From the IMG/VR virus record IMGVR_UViG_3300020172_006270, positions 1-64,000 of that record: a DNA stretch of 64,000 nt, one strand, 5' to 3'. The stretch's first letter is position 1. Every line of letters begins with the position of its first letter. Both the position numbers and the translations under genes were made by a program. This document shows positions 1 to 9,607 of the stretch, one piece after another. Under the pieces are notes generated by a model. It was not told the origin of the DNA. It saw only the letters and a list, made by a program, of their open reading frames with translations, and searched no databases.

Positions 1-96
1 ACAGAACCGGCTACTACAGAACCGGCTACTACAGAACCGGCTACTACAGAACCGGCTACTACAGAACCGGCTACTACAGAACCGGCTACTACAGAA
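1..96 (+). repeat. 15-bp tandem repeat ACAGAACCGGCTACT, 6 full copies plus a partial, encoding TEPAT
   Basis: Perfect copies at 1,16,31,46,61,76; in frame with the methyltransferase. Confidence 0.97.
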
Positions 97-879
97 TCAG
101 ATTTTCAACAACTTCAAAAGCTGCTAAACAGTGATGTTTGGCCTGAAGCTGCGCCAGCTTTCTTGATTTGCAAAGAAACCGAAGAGGATAAATTCGAGCG
201 TGCCGAGGGCGTTATTGACGCAGTGAATGCTGATTTTGTCAACAAGAAGATTTTGGATTTTGGTTGTGGAGAAGGGCATGTCGTTAAAAAGCTCGCCGCC
301 CTGGGACACAATGTAGTTGGATTTGACATCAAGAAGCAGGGCGTGCTTGAATGGGATGAATCTAGCGATCCATTTTCTTGTAATGGACAGGGCCAACTGA
401 CAACTGATTGGCAGAAGATATTGGCTCAAGGACCATTTGATATGGTCATTTTGTATGATGTCATGGACCATTGTGTAGACCCGATTGCTGCGTTGCAAAG
501 CGTCAGACAAGTCTGCACATCCAGCACTCATGTTTTTTCTCGATGTCACCCATTCTGTGGCCCACACGGAGGACACCTATATCAGACAATCAACAAAGCA
601 TATGTCCATCTGTTCTTTACAGAAGATGAATTGAAACAAATGGGGGCCGAACCTGACTTTGCTCAAAAGGTGCTTTTCCCATTAGGTACTGTGGATGAAT
701 GGTTAAGGAAAAGCGGATTTGCTGTTGTCACTCATTCAATGGTAAGGGTTAACGTATCGCCATTCTTCAAAGATACAGCACTCGTCAGAAGTCGATTGCC
801 AAGTGCCTATGCTGGCCGTGAATTCCCGGAATGGCAAATGTCACAAGCATTCAATGACTATGTGTTAAAAGCAATATAA
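1..879 (+). CDS. SAM-dependent methyltransferase (class I), 5'-partial, with N-terminal (TEPAT)n repeat
   Basis: Frame 1 is open from base 1 to the stop at 879; ILDFGCGEG motif I, VGFDI, FDMVILYDVMDH. Confidence 0.8.
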   Translation, partial: TEPATTEPATTEPATTEPATTEPATTEPATTESDFQQLQKLLNSDVWPEAAPAFLICKETEEDKFERAEGVIDAVNADFVNKKILDFGCGEGHVVKKLAALGHNVVGFDIKKQGVLEWDESSDPFSCNGQGQLTTDWQKILAQGPFDMVILYDVMDHCVDPIAALQSVRQVCTSSTHVFSRCHPFCGPHGGHLYQTINKAYVHLFFTEDELKQMGAEPDFAQKVLFPLGTVDEWLRKSGFAVVTHSMVRVNVSPFFKDTALVRSRLPSAYAGREFPEWQMSQAFNDYVLKAI

Positions 880-891
880 AAGAGACGATAA

Positions 892-1542
892 ATGAAAATA
901 ATCATTCCTGTTAAATCAACATCAACTCGTGTTGAAAACAAAAACTTCAGGCCGTTCTATGGCGACCTTTCGTTGACAGAAATACTGTTGAAAAAACTTT
1001 TGTTTATGGGGTCAAACAACATATTCATAAGCTGTGATGATCCAGAAAAAGAATCACTAGCTCAGAAATACAATTGCAACTTTTCATTAAGAGATAAAAA
1101 GTATTGTGATAACGACACACCTTTGCCAGACGTAATCAGACAGGTGGTAAATCAAATTCCATATGACGAAGAAATAGCATGGTGTCAAGTGACCGATCCT
1201 ATGTTCAACGATCACGTCAAAGCGTTTGCTGAGTGGGAAATGAACAAGAAGAATCACGATAGCCTGTGCGTTGTTTATCCAATCAAAAAATATCTTTTGA
1301 ACACAGATCACATGCCAGTTAATTTTGGGTTTGGAAACTGGCATGTTAAGTCCCAAGACCTCAAAATGTTTTTTGATATGACATTTACTTTCTCAATACT
1401 AAAAAGAGAATCAATCGAAAGATGCGGATACCACATCGGCGCTAAGCCCTATTGGTTTAACGCATCTAACATGCACGTCGATATAGACACAATGGAAGAT
1501 TTTGAGTTGGCAAAATTCATATACGAAAGGAAGACAAAATGA
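892..1542 (+). CDS. NeuA/CMP-nonulosonate synthetase-like cytidylyltransferase
   Basis: IIPVKSTSTRVENKN, QVTDPM and VDIDTMEDF motifs. Confidence 0.8.
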   Translation: MKIIIPVKSTSTRVENKNFRPFYGDLSLTEILLKKLLFMGSNNIFISCDDPEKESLAQKYNCNFSLRDKKYCDNDTPLPDVIRQVVNQIPYDEEIAWCQVTDPMFNDHVKAFAEWEMNKKNHDSLCVVYPIKKYLLNTDHMPVNFGFGNWHVKSQDLKMFFDMTFTFSILKRESIERCGYHIGAKPYWFNASNMHVDIDTMEDFELAKFIYERKTK

Positions 1543-2363
1543 AGCCTTTGTTCAGATGGGTCATAGGAGATGTAAACCCGGAAGGCTTTTGCGTTTTGTC
1601 GCAAGCGATAACAAACGCTTTAAGATTGTACAAAAATGATTTTGATTTCTTGATTTGTTCTAATGCAGTTAATTCTACATGCAAAAAAAAACTACAAGAG
1701 ATTTCTCGAAAATTCGACATCGAGGTATACGATCAATCTTGGATTGATTTGCCCCTCGATGAATCGTTGATATTGAAATCATCTGACCGCATTAGACAAG
1801 GTACGTTTTGGAAACTGTGTCCCACTCGCATGAGATTAGAAAGTCACGAAATAATATGTGACAATGACATTGTTTTTGCAAATCCAATAAATTCGATTTT
1901 GGAGTTCCTAGAAAACAAGAACATTCTAATGATGAAAGAAGACGCTTTTTGCGTAGGCAAATACTTCAAGCTATTCAAAGAAAAAGAAAACTACAACTCT
2001 GGACTTTATGGCTTGCCTCCTGGCTATGACTTTGAAGATGACTTAAAAGCCACTTGGTCTGAATCCAGGTACAGCGAACTTCTATGGAGAGACGAACAAG
2101 GTCTTGTAACAGGAACTCTAAAAAAACACGAACACATCACAATAGAGGCCGATGAAATAGTTCACTTGTTTGATGGCGGCAGATGCTCTGCATATGAATT
2201 TGAATTCATTCAAGAAAATGAAACAAAAGCTCGTGTGATGAGAAATATGAAATTCAACGAATTCAAATTTTCTAGCACAGACAAAGGCTATCATTTTCTA
2301 GGAGTAAACAGAAGCGTTCACAAAAAGTGGATTGAGTATAAGACAAGCAGAATGCTCTTATGA
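1539..2363 (+). CDS. Putative GT-A (GT8-like) glycosyltransferase; paralogue of 5045..5734
   Basis: DND, NSGLYG, DEQG and HFxG motifs; MKPLFRW N-terminus shared with the paralogue. Confidence 0.6.
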   Translation: MKPLFRWVIGDVNPEGFCVLSQAITNALRLYKNDFDFLICSNAVNSTCKKKLQEISRKFDIEVYDQSWIDLPLDESLILKSSDRIRQGTFWKLCPTRMRLESHEIICDNDIVFANPINSILEFLENKNILMMKEDAFCVGKYFKLFKEKENYNSGLYGLPPGYDFEDDLKATWSESRYSELLWRDEQGLVTGTLKKHEHITIEADEIVHLFDGGRCSAYEFEFIQENETKARVMRNMKFNEFKFSSTDKGYHFLGVNRSVHKKWIEYKTSRMLL

Positions 2364-2980
2364 GATATGTAACCTTTACGTTTGATGACGGTCTAATCAA
2401 TACAGCAAGAATAGTGGATAAACTAAATATTCCAGCCACTTTTTACATTGTGCTAGGCTGGGTGTTAAATGAAACGAAGATAAACGATTCATTCAATGTC
2501 GAACTGGATCATGGAACCATTGAAGAGTGGAAAAGCCTAAAATTGGACATAGGGTGCCACACTTATGACCATGAAAAATATTTCGATGAATATTTCAGCC
2601 ACAAGAGATTCTCTCAATTATTCATTGGTCCCAAAAATTTGGCAACGCCATATGGATTGAAATATGATTCAAAACTGTACGACAGTTGCAAGATAGGATT
2701 TTACGGCAAGTGCTACAACACACTGACCAGCGAGGACGTAAAGCAAATACACTCAATAAACCCATGCTATGACCTAGACAAAGAAGCTCTCAAGTCAACA
2801 ATACTAAATTGCCCAGACCAACAATGGATAGTATTGACTTTTCACGGCATCAATGAAGGCTGGATGCCGATCAGCTATGAAGAATTGAAATTCTGGATTG
2901 AGTTTTTTACTCAAAACAACTTCACATTTTTGACGATGACAGAAGGAGTTAAAAGATCATGCAAAAAATACTTGCTGTGA
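2360..2980 (+). CDS. Polysaccharide deacetylase (CE4/NodB-like)
   Basis: TFTFDDG, ATFYI, GCHTYDH, PYG, LTFHG. Confidence 0.85.
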   Translation: MRYVTFTFDDGLINTARIVDKLNIPATFYIVLGWVLNETKINDSFNVELDHGTIEEWKSLKLDIGCHTYDHEKYFDEYFSHKRFSQLFIGPKNLATPYGLKYDSKLYDSCKIGFYGKCYNTLTSEDVKQIHSINPCYDLDKEALKSTILNCPDQQWIVLTFHGINEGWMPISYEELKFWIEFFTQNNFTFLTMTEGVKRSCKKYLL

Positions 2981-3774
2981 CGACATATAACCGACTATTG
3001 TTCTTGCAAGAAATGATTCATGGATTTTTTAGACACACAAAAAACATAAATGAATGGACCCTAATCATTGCCGATGATGGATCATCTGATGGCACAAAAG
3101 AGTTCATTGAAAAACTCGATTTTCCCAATGCCATAAAAATCTACAATAATAGGATTGGCATTTCCAACCAAACCAACTCAATCTTTTTAGAGTTGTCGAA
3201 ACTCAAAGAATTCGTCTGCTTCAAAGCAGATGACGATATGATGTTCATCAAAGATGGCTGGGACAGCCTATATTTGGAAGCAATGAATTCGAGTGGATTT
3301 CAACATTTATGCTTCGATCATTATCTGTTTAACCAATTCGGCGAGTTCAAGAAGAATGTGTTCTTGCATCCAATAATAAACAAATCTGTACTGGCTCGGA
3401 CTCCGACCATGTTCGCCAAAGGATGCTTCTATACCATAACCGATTCCATTTTGAAATCAGTTGGCTATATGGACTCAAACATTTTCTTTCATGGTCTTGA
3501 ACACGTTGATTATTCAATGCGATGCGCCCGTGCTGGATTTAATGACCCGAACCATATATTCGATGCCAAAGATTCAGATTTGTTTTTGAGCTATCGCTTC
3601 CCAATACTCGGCAGTGATCGACCTTGCTTGGAAAGAAGCACCTACAAAGCAAATGGCAATGGACAAACAGAAACAGAAATCAAAAAGACAACAATAATGA
3701 CACCCACAAGAATTTTTGTTGATTACAATCAAAACTCAAAAAGAATGAAAGACGCAATCAAAATTATGCTATAA
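2959..3774 (+). CDS. Glycosyltransferase family 2
   Basis: TTYNR, DDGSSDGT, DDD, EHVDYSMR. Confidence 0.88.
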   Translation: MQKILAVTTYNRLLFLQEMIHGFFRHTKNINEWTLIIADDGSSDGTKEFIEKLDFPNAIKIYNNRIGISNQTNSIFLELSKLKEFVCFKADDDMMFIKDGWDSLYLEAMNSSGFQHLCFDHYLFNQFGEFKKNVFLHPIINKSVLARTPTMFAKGCFYTITDSILKSVGYMDSNIFFHGLEHVDYSMRCARAGFNDPNHIFDAKDSDLFLSYRFPILGSDRPCLERSTYKANGNGQTETEIKKTTIMTPTRIFVDYNQNSKRMKDAIKIML

Positions 3775-4455
3775 CAAGGGCGATGAAAGGTCACTAATCT
3801 CAGGCAAAAAACCATCTCCCCTTCCATGTATGATTGCCAAATCTTGGTGATAGTGAAATTTCTTAGGTCGCCAATTAAACTCAGGAGGTAAAATTGCGAA
3901 CCTCAAATCACAATCCCATAGAGTTTTTCTAAAGGATGGCTGATCGTGTGGTTGCGGCTGGATTGAAAAGTTGACTTCCCACGACTTAAAAAAATCATGC
4001 GTATCACTTTTCCTGTAAAAGACAAGCCCGCAATTTAAGTCAGGAAAACACAGTGGCACATTGAATGTATCGCTCCATTTGGTGGTTCTGCATGAGTCGT
4101 GAGCGACAACTATGCTAAACTTGTCGAGCATCGAAAACATACAATCAATGTCTACCAAGGTTTTTATATCGCCATCCAAATACAGATTTTTTTCAAACCT
4201 CGTTTCCGACAGAATCTTAATTTTTGATTCAAAATAGACTCTACCCTCGCTCCAACCAGGAGCGGTATAACCATTAGGTATGAGATTTGGAATCTTGACT
4301 ATTTCATCAAATGCCGAAGACGTAAAGTCAACATCTGTGTACAGAACAAAATGAACATCAGTAGAATGCTTCCTGAAGTTCGCCGCAGAAATTGCCGCTT
4401 CGATGCAATACTTTTTGCTATCACAAGCAATGTAGTGAATACACTTTTCAATCAT
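3769..4455 (-). CDS. GT8-like nucleotide-diphospho-sugar transferase
   Basis: YLDGD, NCGLV, DQPSF, PPEFN, IIHG. Confidence 0.8.
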   Translation of the reverse strand: MIEKCIHYIACDSKKYCIEAAISAANFRKHSTDVHFVLYTDVDFTSSAFDEIVKIPNLIPNGYTAPGWSEGRVYFESKIKILSETRFEKNLYLDGDIKTLVDIDCMFSMLDKFSIVVAHDSCRTTKWSDTFNVPLCFPDLNCGLVFYRKSDTHDFFKSWEVNFSIQPQPHDQPSFRKTLWDCDLRFAILPPEFNWRPKKFHYHQDLAIIHGRGDGFLPEISDLSSPLL

Positions 4456-5048
4456 AATGCAATTATTTCAACCCCTTCGGATAATTTTTTCATTAAGTCT
4501 AATTGTTCATCCAAGAACATGCCATTCCCTTTTGTGGCCTCAAAATCAGAATGATATTGTGTGCCACCATCAATTCCTAAAGTGAAAAGTTGTTTCATTT
4601 TCAATGATTGAGCCACCTGTATAATTAAAACGCCAAAAGCATACTTGAACAATAATTGGTTTTTTTGAAAAAGGTTAGTAGAAAAACCATCTGGCGTAAT
4701 TATGTCATAGGAGAACAGTCTCTTTTCTTTATAGAGCCTGCCCATTTCACGGTCCTCTTGAACCAATGATGTTAAGTCCTTTACTGTTCTGCACTGATAA
4801 TTCATGAAAGCAGAACAAATGACGAACTGAGAATGTTTTGTTTGATCTTGAAACATTTCATAGTCTGTAAAATGACTTATCGGCGTGTTGAAAACAGCCG
4901 CAGCGTGATTGGAGCCTACCACGTTAAAAGCATTCAAGTATTCTGGCTTCCATCGACTCGATGATGGACCTTTGCCTACAGCTAGAAGCTGCTTATCTTT
5001 AAGCAGGGGCAACTCTTCGATGTGTTGAATGTTAACAGTCTTTATCAT
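4452..5048 (-). CDS. Maf/DUF115/sialyltransferase-fold-like protein
   Basis: VGKGPS...GSN...LGIDG pattern. Confidence 0.5.
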   Translation of the reverse strand: MIKTVNIQHIEELPLLKDKQLLAVGKGPSSSRWKPEYLNAFNVVGSNHAAAVFNTPISHFTDYEMFQDQTKHSQFVICSAFMNYQCRTVKDLTSLVQEDREMGRLYKEKRLFSYDIITPDGFSTNLFQKNQLLFKYAFGVLIIQVAQSLKMKQLFTLGIDGGTQYHSDFEATKGNGMFLDEQLDLMKKLSEGVEIIAL

Positions 5049-5734
5049 GACGAGGCCGCAAGATATTCATTCCAAAAAAAGCTATCACCTGAATTGAGGC
5101 CCACAAAATGTATGCCCGCCCTACCGAAACACAAATGTTCCGCAGCATCTTTACAAGCAATGTAAATATCAGAAATAGGGATGACCTTTACATTGCATTC
5201 TAACAATATCGAAGCAACTAAACCTTGTTCGTCAAAATGACCTTCCCAATTCCCTAACAACTTAGATTCAATCTTCTGACCAAAATCAAATTTGGGCGGC
5301 AAGCCAAATAATCCTGTGTTTAACTTTTGATTGCTTGCAATAGTGCTATCGTATTTTCCATATCTTCTTTTAAGCCCTTCTGTGCAGAATATCATGTCGT
5401 CAGAGTCAAAAAAACTATCAATTATTGGAAGTTGACCATAGACGATCAAATCATTGTCTATGAAAATTTCATGCGAGTCGCTCCTAATTCTAGGAGGATA
5501 TAACTTCCAAGAAGTCAAAAAAGGATCAACGGATATTGATCTCAAACAATCTCTCTGGTCTATAAAGTTTACGCCCTGCAATCCAATTGAATGAACATTG
5601 TCTCCACTGTGGCATACAAAATAATCGCATGATTCACCGTATCTTTTCTTCATTAAAGATATAGAGTAAATCAGGGATTGCAGTCCTTCCTTAGAAGAGT
5701 TGCGACCTATTGTCCATCTAAATAAAGGCTTCAT
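5045..5734 (-). CDS. Putative GT-A glycosyltransferase; paralogue of 1539..2363
   Basis: WKLYPPR, DNDL, NTGLFGLPP, DEQGLV, HFVG; start placed at MKPLFRW. Confidence 0.6.
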   Translation of the reverse strand: MKPLFRWTIGRNSSKEGLQSLIYSISLMKKRYGESCDYFVCHSGDNVHSIGLQGVNFIDQRDCLRSISVDPFLTSWKLYPPRIRSDSHEIFIDNDLIVYGQLPIIDSFFDSDDMIFCTEGLKRRYGKYDSTIASNQKLNTGLFGLPPKFDFGQKIESKLLGNWEGHFDEQGLVASILLECNVKVIPISDIYIACKDAAEHLCFGRAGIHFVGLNSGDSFFWNEYLAASS

Positions 5735-5788
5735 TGAACAACCCAATAAAAAGAAACCAAAACACTCGTTTATTCTTGATTCAAGTGA

Positions 5789-5796
5789 CTTAAATA
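5789..5796 (+). promoter_or_regulatory. Late-type promoter CTTAAATA
   Basis: TAAATA core recurs upstream of several genes; followed by GGAG RBS. Confidence 0.45.
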
Positions 5797-5818
5797 AGTA
5801 TCCAGGCGAGGAGAATAA

Positions 5819-6847
5819 TTGGTTGATTCAAAAATAAAAATAACCCATGTTAATGACCGCTACCTCAATAACGGAGGAGCAGAAATTTTCCTGCGAGAGC
5901 TATACCCACACCTGCGAGATGTTACCATCCGGCAGAGCATATGCGTTCGCCCTGATCGTATCGACCAAGATTTTGCCAGTACATTTCCCTTCCCGGTAAT
6001 CGCTGGAGGGAGGCAGGAAATCCAGCAGGCCATAGACGCCGACGATGTGATAATCTGTTGGGGAAATAACCAACTTAACAAACTGGTTGATCGAAAACCA
6101 AAAGTTTGCATTTACAATGCTTGCGCAGATGCACGTCAGCAATTGCTGGGATGCAATGAAATTGTTACCCATGTAATTGCATCAAACAGTCTGATATGCA
6201 AAACCGTTGCATTCGACTTCCCCCACACTCGAATTCTACCAGGGGTTAACCCTGACCGTCTAATCACTACAGAATCCAGGGATGAAACTCGCCGCCTCCT
6301 GAACTATACAAAAAATGATTTTGTAGTAGCAATGATCGCTCGAATTGACTTCGAGAAACAGCAAGACTGGCTAGTGCAGTGCCGCCGACAGCTACCTCCC
6401 CATGTTAAGGCGCTTTTTGTAGGGGATGGCCCTGACCGTGCCAAACTGGAAGAGGTCGCCGATGAAAATTGCCGTTTCGTAGGCCACCAGAAGGCAGTAG
6501 GCAATTGGTTTAATTGTATTGATGCCTACTGCCTACTCTCCTCCACAGAGGGTTGTCCGGCTGCTATGTTCGAGGCCATGTTTGCTAAAGTCCCAATTAT
6601 CGCTACTCCTGTAGGATCGGTGCCAGACCTTATCGAGCATGGAAAAAATGGAATGGTAGTCACCAACCACAAGGAACTCGTGGTTGCCATCAACACCCTT
6701 GCCGATAACCCAGAATACGGCAAGTCACTCGCTAATGAAGCCTATCAAACGGCAATTGCCAATGGCCATATAAAAGAAACAGCATCACAGTGGGAATCTT
6801 TAATCAAAAAACTAAAGAAAAGAGGAACATGGAAGTTGTACAAATAA
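5819..6847 (+). CDS. Glycosyltransferase family 4 (GT-B)
   Basis: GGAE, ARIDFEK, VGDGP, EGCPAAMFEAM, ATPVG. Confidence 0.9.
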   Translation: MVDSKIKITHVNDRYLNNGGAEIFLRELYPHLRDVTIRQSICVRPDRIDQDFASTFPFPVIAGGRQEIQQAIDADDVIICWGNNQLNKLVDRKPKVCIYNACADARQQLLGCNEIVTHVIASNSLICKTVAFDFPHTRILPGVNPDRLITTESRDETRRLLNYTKNDFVVAMIARIDFEKQQDWLVQCRRQLPPHVKALFVGDGPDRAKLEEVADENCRFVGHQKAVGNWFNCIDAYCLLSSTEGCPAAMFEAMFAKVPIIATPVGSVPDLIEHGKNGMVVTNHKELVVAINTLADNPEYGKSLANEAYQTAIANGHIKETASQWESLIKKLKKRGTWKLYK

Positions 6848-7587
6848 AAAACGAGCGTCATCTAGGCGACACTATGACCATATTGAATTTGTTGCACAGC
6901 AGGGCTATTGTGACAAATGAAAAATTCAAAATTTTTGGGCCTGATTTTATACCCATGTTGTTTGAGATATTTGAATACAAAGGATTAAGTTACGAAGGGC
7001 CTATGATTGAAGACTTAAATATGACCACCCCAATCATCAGCCTATTTCCAAGACTTACAAATGGCGTATTGGCACAAAACTTAGCGACTGTGACATTCTT
7101 GAACGGCGTCATGTTTAGACCCGATTCGCCGCCTGACTACAAACTACAAGAAGTCTGTTTGCCACAGTGCAAGCTGCCCTCTCAGGTAGCAGAAAATATC
7201 GCCTGTTTCCAATTCGACAGTCGCTCAATACATGAAGACAAGATGCCAATGACAAGCGAAGAAAGCATCATGAATATCAAAAAGTTCCAGCCCGAAGGCG
7301 TCAAGGTAGTAGGAATTGGAGGCCACGATACTAAGCCATATTTAGACTATGAATTCCAACTAGGTGACTTAGTTCAGTTGTGCAAGACATTAAAGAAATG
7401 CAATAAATTCATTGGCTCCGATAGCGGCATTTCTCACCTTGCAGGTACAGCACGAATAAGTGGAGACATCATCATCATCCACTCAAGACAACGACACTTC
7501 GATGAACTCAAGGTCTTTTATAATATCATGTACCCTACACTGCGATGCCATCACCGTTACCATAATAGCAAGAAACTTTTCTTATGA
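6829..7587 (+). CDS. GT9 (heptosyltransferase)-like protein
   Basis: HLGD near N-terminus; FIGSDSGISHLA; GAGGA RBS before ATG 6829. Confidence 0.65.
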   Translation: MEVVQIKNERHLGDTMTILNLLHSRAIVTNEKFKIFGPDFIPMLFEIFEYKGLSYEGPMIEDLNMTTPIISLFPRLTNGVLAQNLATVTFLNGVMFRPDSPPDYKLQEVCLPQCKLPSQVAENIACFQFDSRSIHEDKMPMTSEESIMNIKKFQPEGVKVVGIGGHDTKPYLDYEFQLGDLVQLCKTLKKCNKFIGSDSGISHLAGTARISGDIIIIHSRQRHFDELKVFYNIMYPTLRCHHRYHNSKKLFL

Positions 7588-8696
7588 TCCCATACTTAGT
7601 TCAGAGCAACCTATCCTCGGAACAACATAAAAACTGCTGCCAACGATTTGGCTACTCTGCGGAATGGGATCGCTCCGTCCGAGAGAATGTATGGAGACGC
7701 CACCAGGAGGATAAAAACAAAGAAGCATCAGGGTGGAAGATCGGCGATCACCGTCGCCGACTGGTTCACTTCAAAGACAAATATGGACTTCAAGGAAACG
7801 ATTTTTATCTTACCTCCACATACCTGTTCCTGTCACTGAAGTTGCCAAAAAAAGAACTCAGACTGTATCAGGAAAAAATATGTGACACTTGGCGACCGTC
7901 CAACACACTACAACTGAAAATGGTTGAAAGCAAAGTCCATATAGCGGACATACAGCATGGACGAGAAACGCCTCCTGATTATTCCAACCTAGACGTATGG
8001 TTGTATTCTGAACCTGTGTCTGACCGGGTATTAGACAAGCCTTGGAAAATTCTCAAAACGGGAATTAGAGAACGCCGCCCGGCAGGTCGCCCAACGACTA
8101 TAAACAGAGCCGATCTGGAACAATTCTTTCCGGCGCAAATTGAACTAGGCTGTGGGCCATCCATCGAAACTGGCATTCCACCACTGAACTACTTCCACAA
8201 CCTATTCTCACTGCAAAAAAACGGCAAGTTCGTATTCGCTGCGGACGACGATCAATTACTGGATGTTTTCAGCGACCCCGCTGAATGGTATTCCAGGGCG
8301 GTCGTCATGCACCGACAATGTTTACTGGCCGAGCCGTCGCCATTCTACCACAAGCTCAAATGCCTGCATGATGAGGGTCGAATCGTTGGACCGATATTGA
8401 ATAACAATTTTGACGGGCTACCGTTAAGTGTGGGGCTGGAAGAATTTTCACTTCGCCAGTACGACGAGGACGGCCTATATCCATCCATTAAATTCCACCC
8501 TAACGCCAAATCACTCCTGGTAATCGGATCACACGCTGACCGCCGCAATTGCCAAGCTCACGCCCGCAATCATGGACTCACGGTCGTCTATATTGACCCC
8601 GAAGGATATACAATCGGAGACAAATTCGCCCCGTACCCAGTCGAATCACCCCAAGACCAAGACTACATACTCCGCATCCCAGCATCGGAGTTATAA
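7584..8696 (+). CDS. Divergent sirtuin (SIR2-like) domain protein
   Basis: LGCGPSIETGIP, NNNFDGL, LLVIGS, VVYIDP. Confidence 0.6.
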   Translation: MIPYLVQSNLSSEQHKNCCQRFGYSAEWDRSVRENVWRRHQEDKNKEASGWKIGDHRRRLVHFKDKYGLQGNDFYLTSTYLFLSLKLPKKELRLYQEKICDTWRPSNTLQLKMVESKVHIADIQHGRETPPDYSNLDVWLYSEPVSDRVLDKPWKILKTGIRERRPAGRPTTINRADLEQFFPAQIELGCGPSIETGIPPLNYFHNLFSLQKNGKFVFAADDDQLLDVFSDPAEWYSRAVVMHRQCLLAEPSPFYHKLKCLHDEGRIVGPILNNNFDGLPLSVGLEEFSLRQYDEDGLYPSIKFHPNAKSLLVIGSHADRRNCQAHARNHGLTVVYIDPEGYTIGDKFAPYPVESPQDQDYILRIPASEL

Positions 8697-8697
8697 T

Positions 8698-9348
8698 ATG
8701 TACACACCTTGTTTCATCGGCGAAGACTGTGAGGCATCCTATCGGTGGAAACAATTGGGACAAACCCCAACTGGCCCGTTCCATAAAAAAGGTATTACTT
8801 TAGCTAGGCTTATGCGTCTGTTGCAAGATGACTTCTTGAATATATGCAACAAGAATAACCTACGAATAGTCGATCCCCTTAAAGGGTACAAAAATTCACT
8901 AGGAGGTTGTCTACGGGTTACGGAAGTAATCGACAACCAAATCGGCATGGAACTGTGGCACGACTTTCCTGCTCATCTCCAATTTGATGAACAATACAAC
9001 AGATTCATTGATGGAATGAGTAAAGAAATGGCTGAATTCAAGAATCTTGTCTGCTACGACCTACGACCCATATTATTCATACACAAAAAAACAGACCTTT
9101 TGTCAATTGCCGATAATAGCGATCTGAAGAATCAGTATCGAATATTGCTATCCCAACTGAAGTACCACCGAGCGGGCAGAAGATTTCTATTGGTCGCCCT
9201 GGGTCACAACGACCAGTTCCGAGAGGACTGGAAAATGGAAAACCTTATGACCCTTCAGATTCACACCCCTAAATTGTGGGGACATGACTTGCCAGAAGAA
9301 TCATGGCGCAAAGTCTACTCTCTGTGCAATCAAGCTCGTCTATTGTAG
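8698..9348 (+). CDS. DUF1796-like (papain-like) protein
   Basis: IGEDCEAS...GPF N-terminus and HDF motif. Confidence 0.5.
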   Translation: MYTPCFIGEDCEASYRWKQLGQTPTGPFHKKGITLARLMRLLQDDFLNICNKNNLRIVDPLKGYKNSLGGCLRVTEVIDNQIGMELWHDFPAHLQFDEQYNRFIDGMSKEMAEFKNLVCYDLRPILFIHKKTDLLSIADNSDLKNQYRILLSQLKYHRAGRRFLLVALGHNDQFREDWKMENLMTLQIHTPKLWGHDLPEESWRKVYSLCNQARLL

Positions 9349-9352
9349 CAAT

Positions 9353-9389
9353 AAAAAAGGGAACCAATACTATCGAGTAATTGATTCCC
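9353..9389 (-). terminator. Intrinsic terminator of the candidate minus-strand ncRNA
   Basis: GGGAAUCAAU/AUUGGUUCCC stem followed by U6 on the minus strand. Confidence 0.7.
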
Positions 9390-9560
9390 TTATCCTTGGT
9401 CGAGGGATTTCCTCTGTTTGAACTTCGCCCGATCAGTGCCTTAAAGCATCCTGATCCTGCATTGGCTCTGCCCACTCGTGACCTCAGATCAAACTTCCAT
9501 GCAGACAGTCGGAACTGAGTTGGTGTCACGGACTGAAGTTAGGGAGTCAGTCAAGGACTC
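9353..9560 (-). ncRNA. Candidate structured ncRNA (~210 nt), family unknown
   Basis: Intergenic; nested stems AACUUC/GAAGUU, GUCC/GGGC, GUGAC/GUCAC, CUCAG/CUGAG, UUCC/GGAA, GAUCAG/CUGAUC; TATAGATA upstream (9563-9570); terminator downstream. Confidence 0.6.
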
Positions 9561-9607
9561 ATTATCTATAATGCAGACAGAGAAATTTTAGAACAGGGTC
9601 AAAATAT

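Noticed and set aside
1-96. CRISPR array
   Set aside because: Contiguous 15-bp units with no spacers; in-frame coding repeat; no cas genes.
9353-9560. Known riboswitch or hammerhead ribozyme
   Set aside because: SAM-I, cobalamin, lysine and hammerhead core motifs not found by eye; no downstream gene on that strand.
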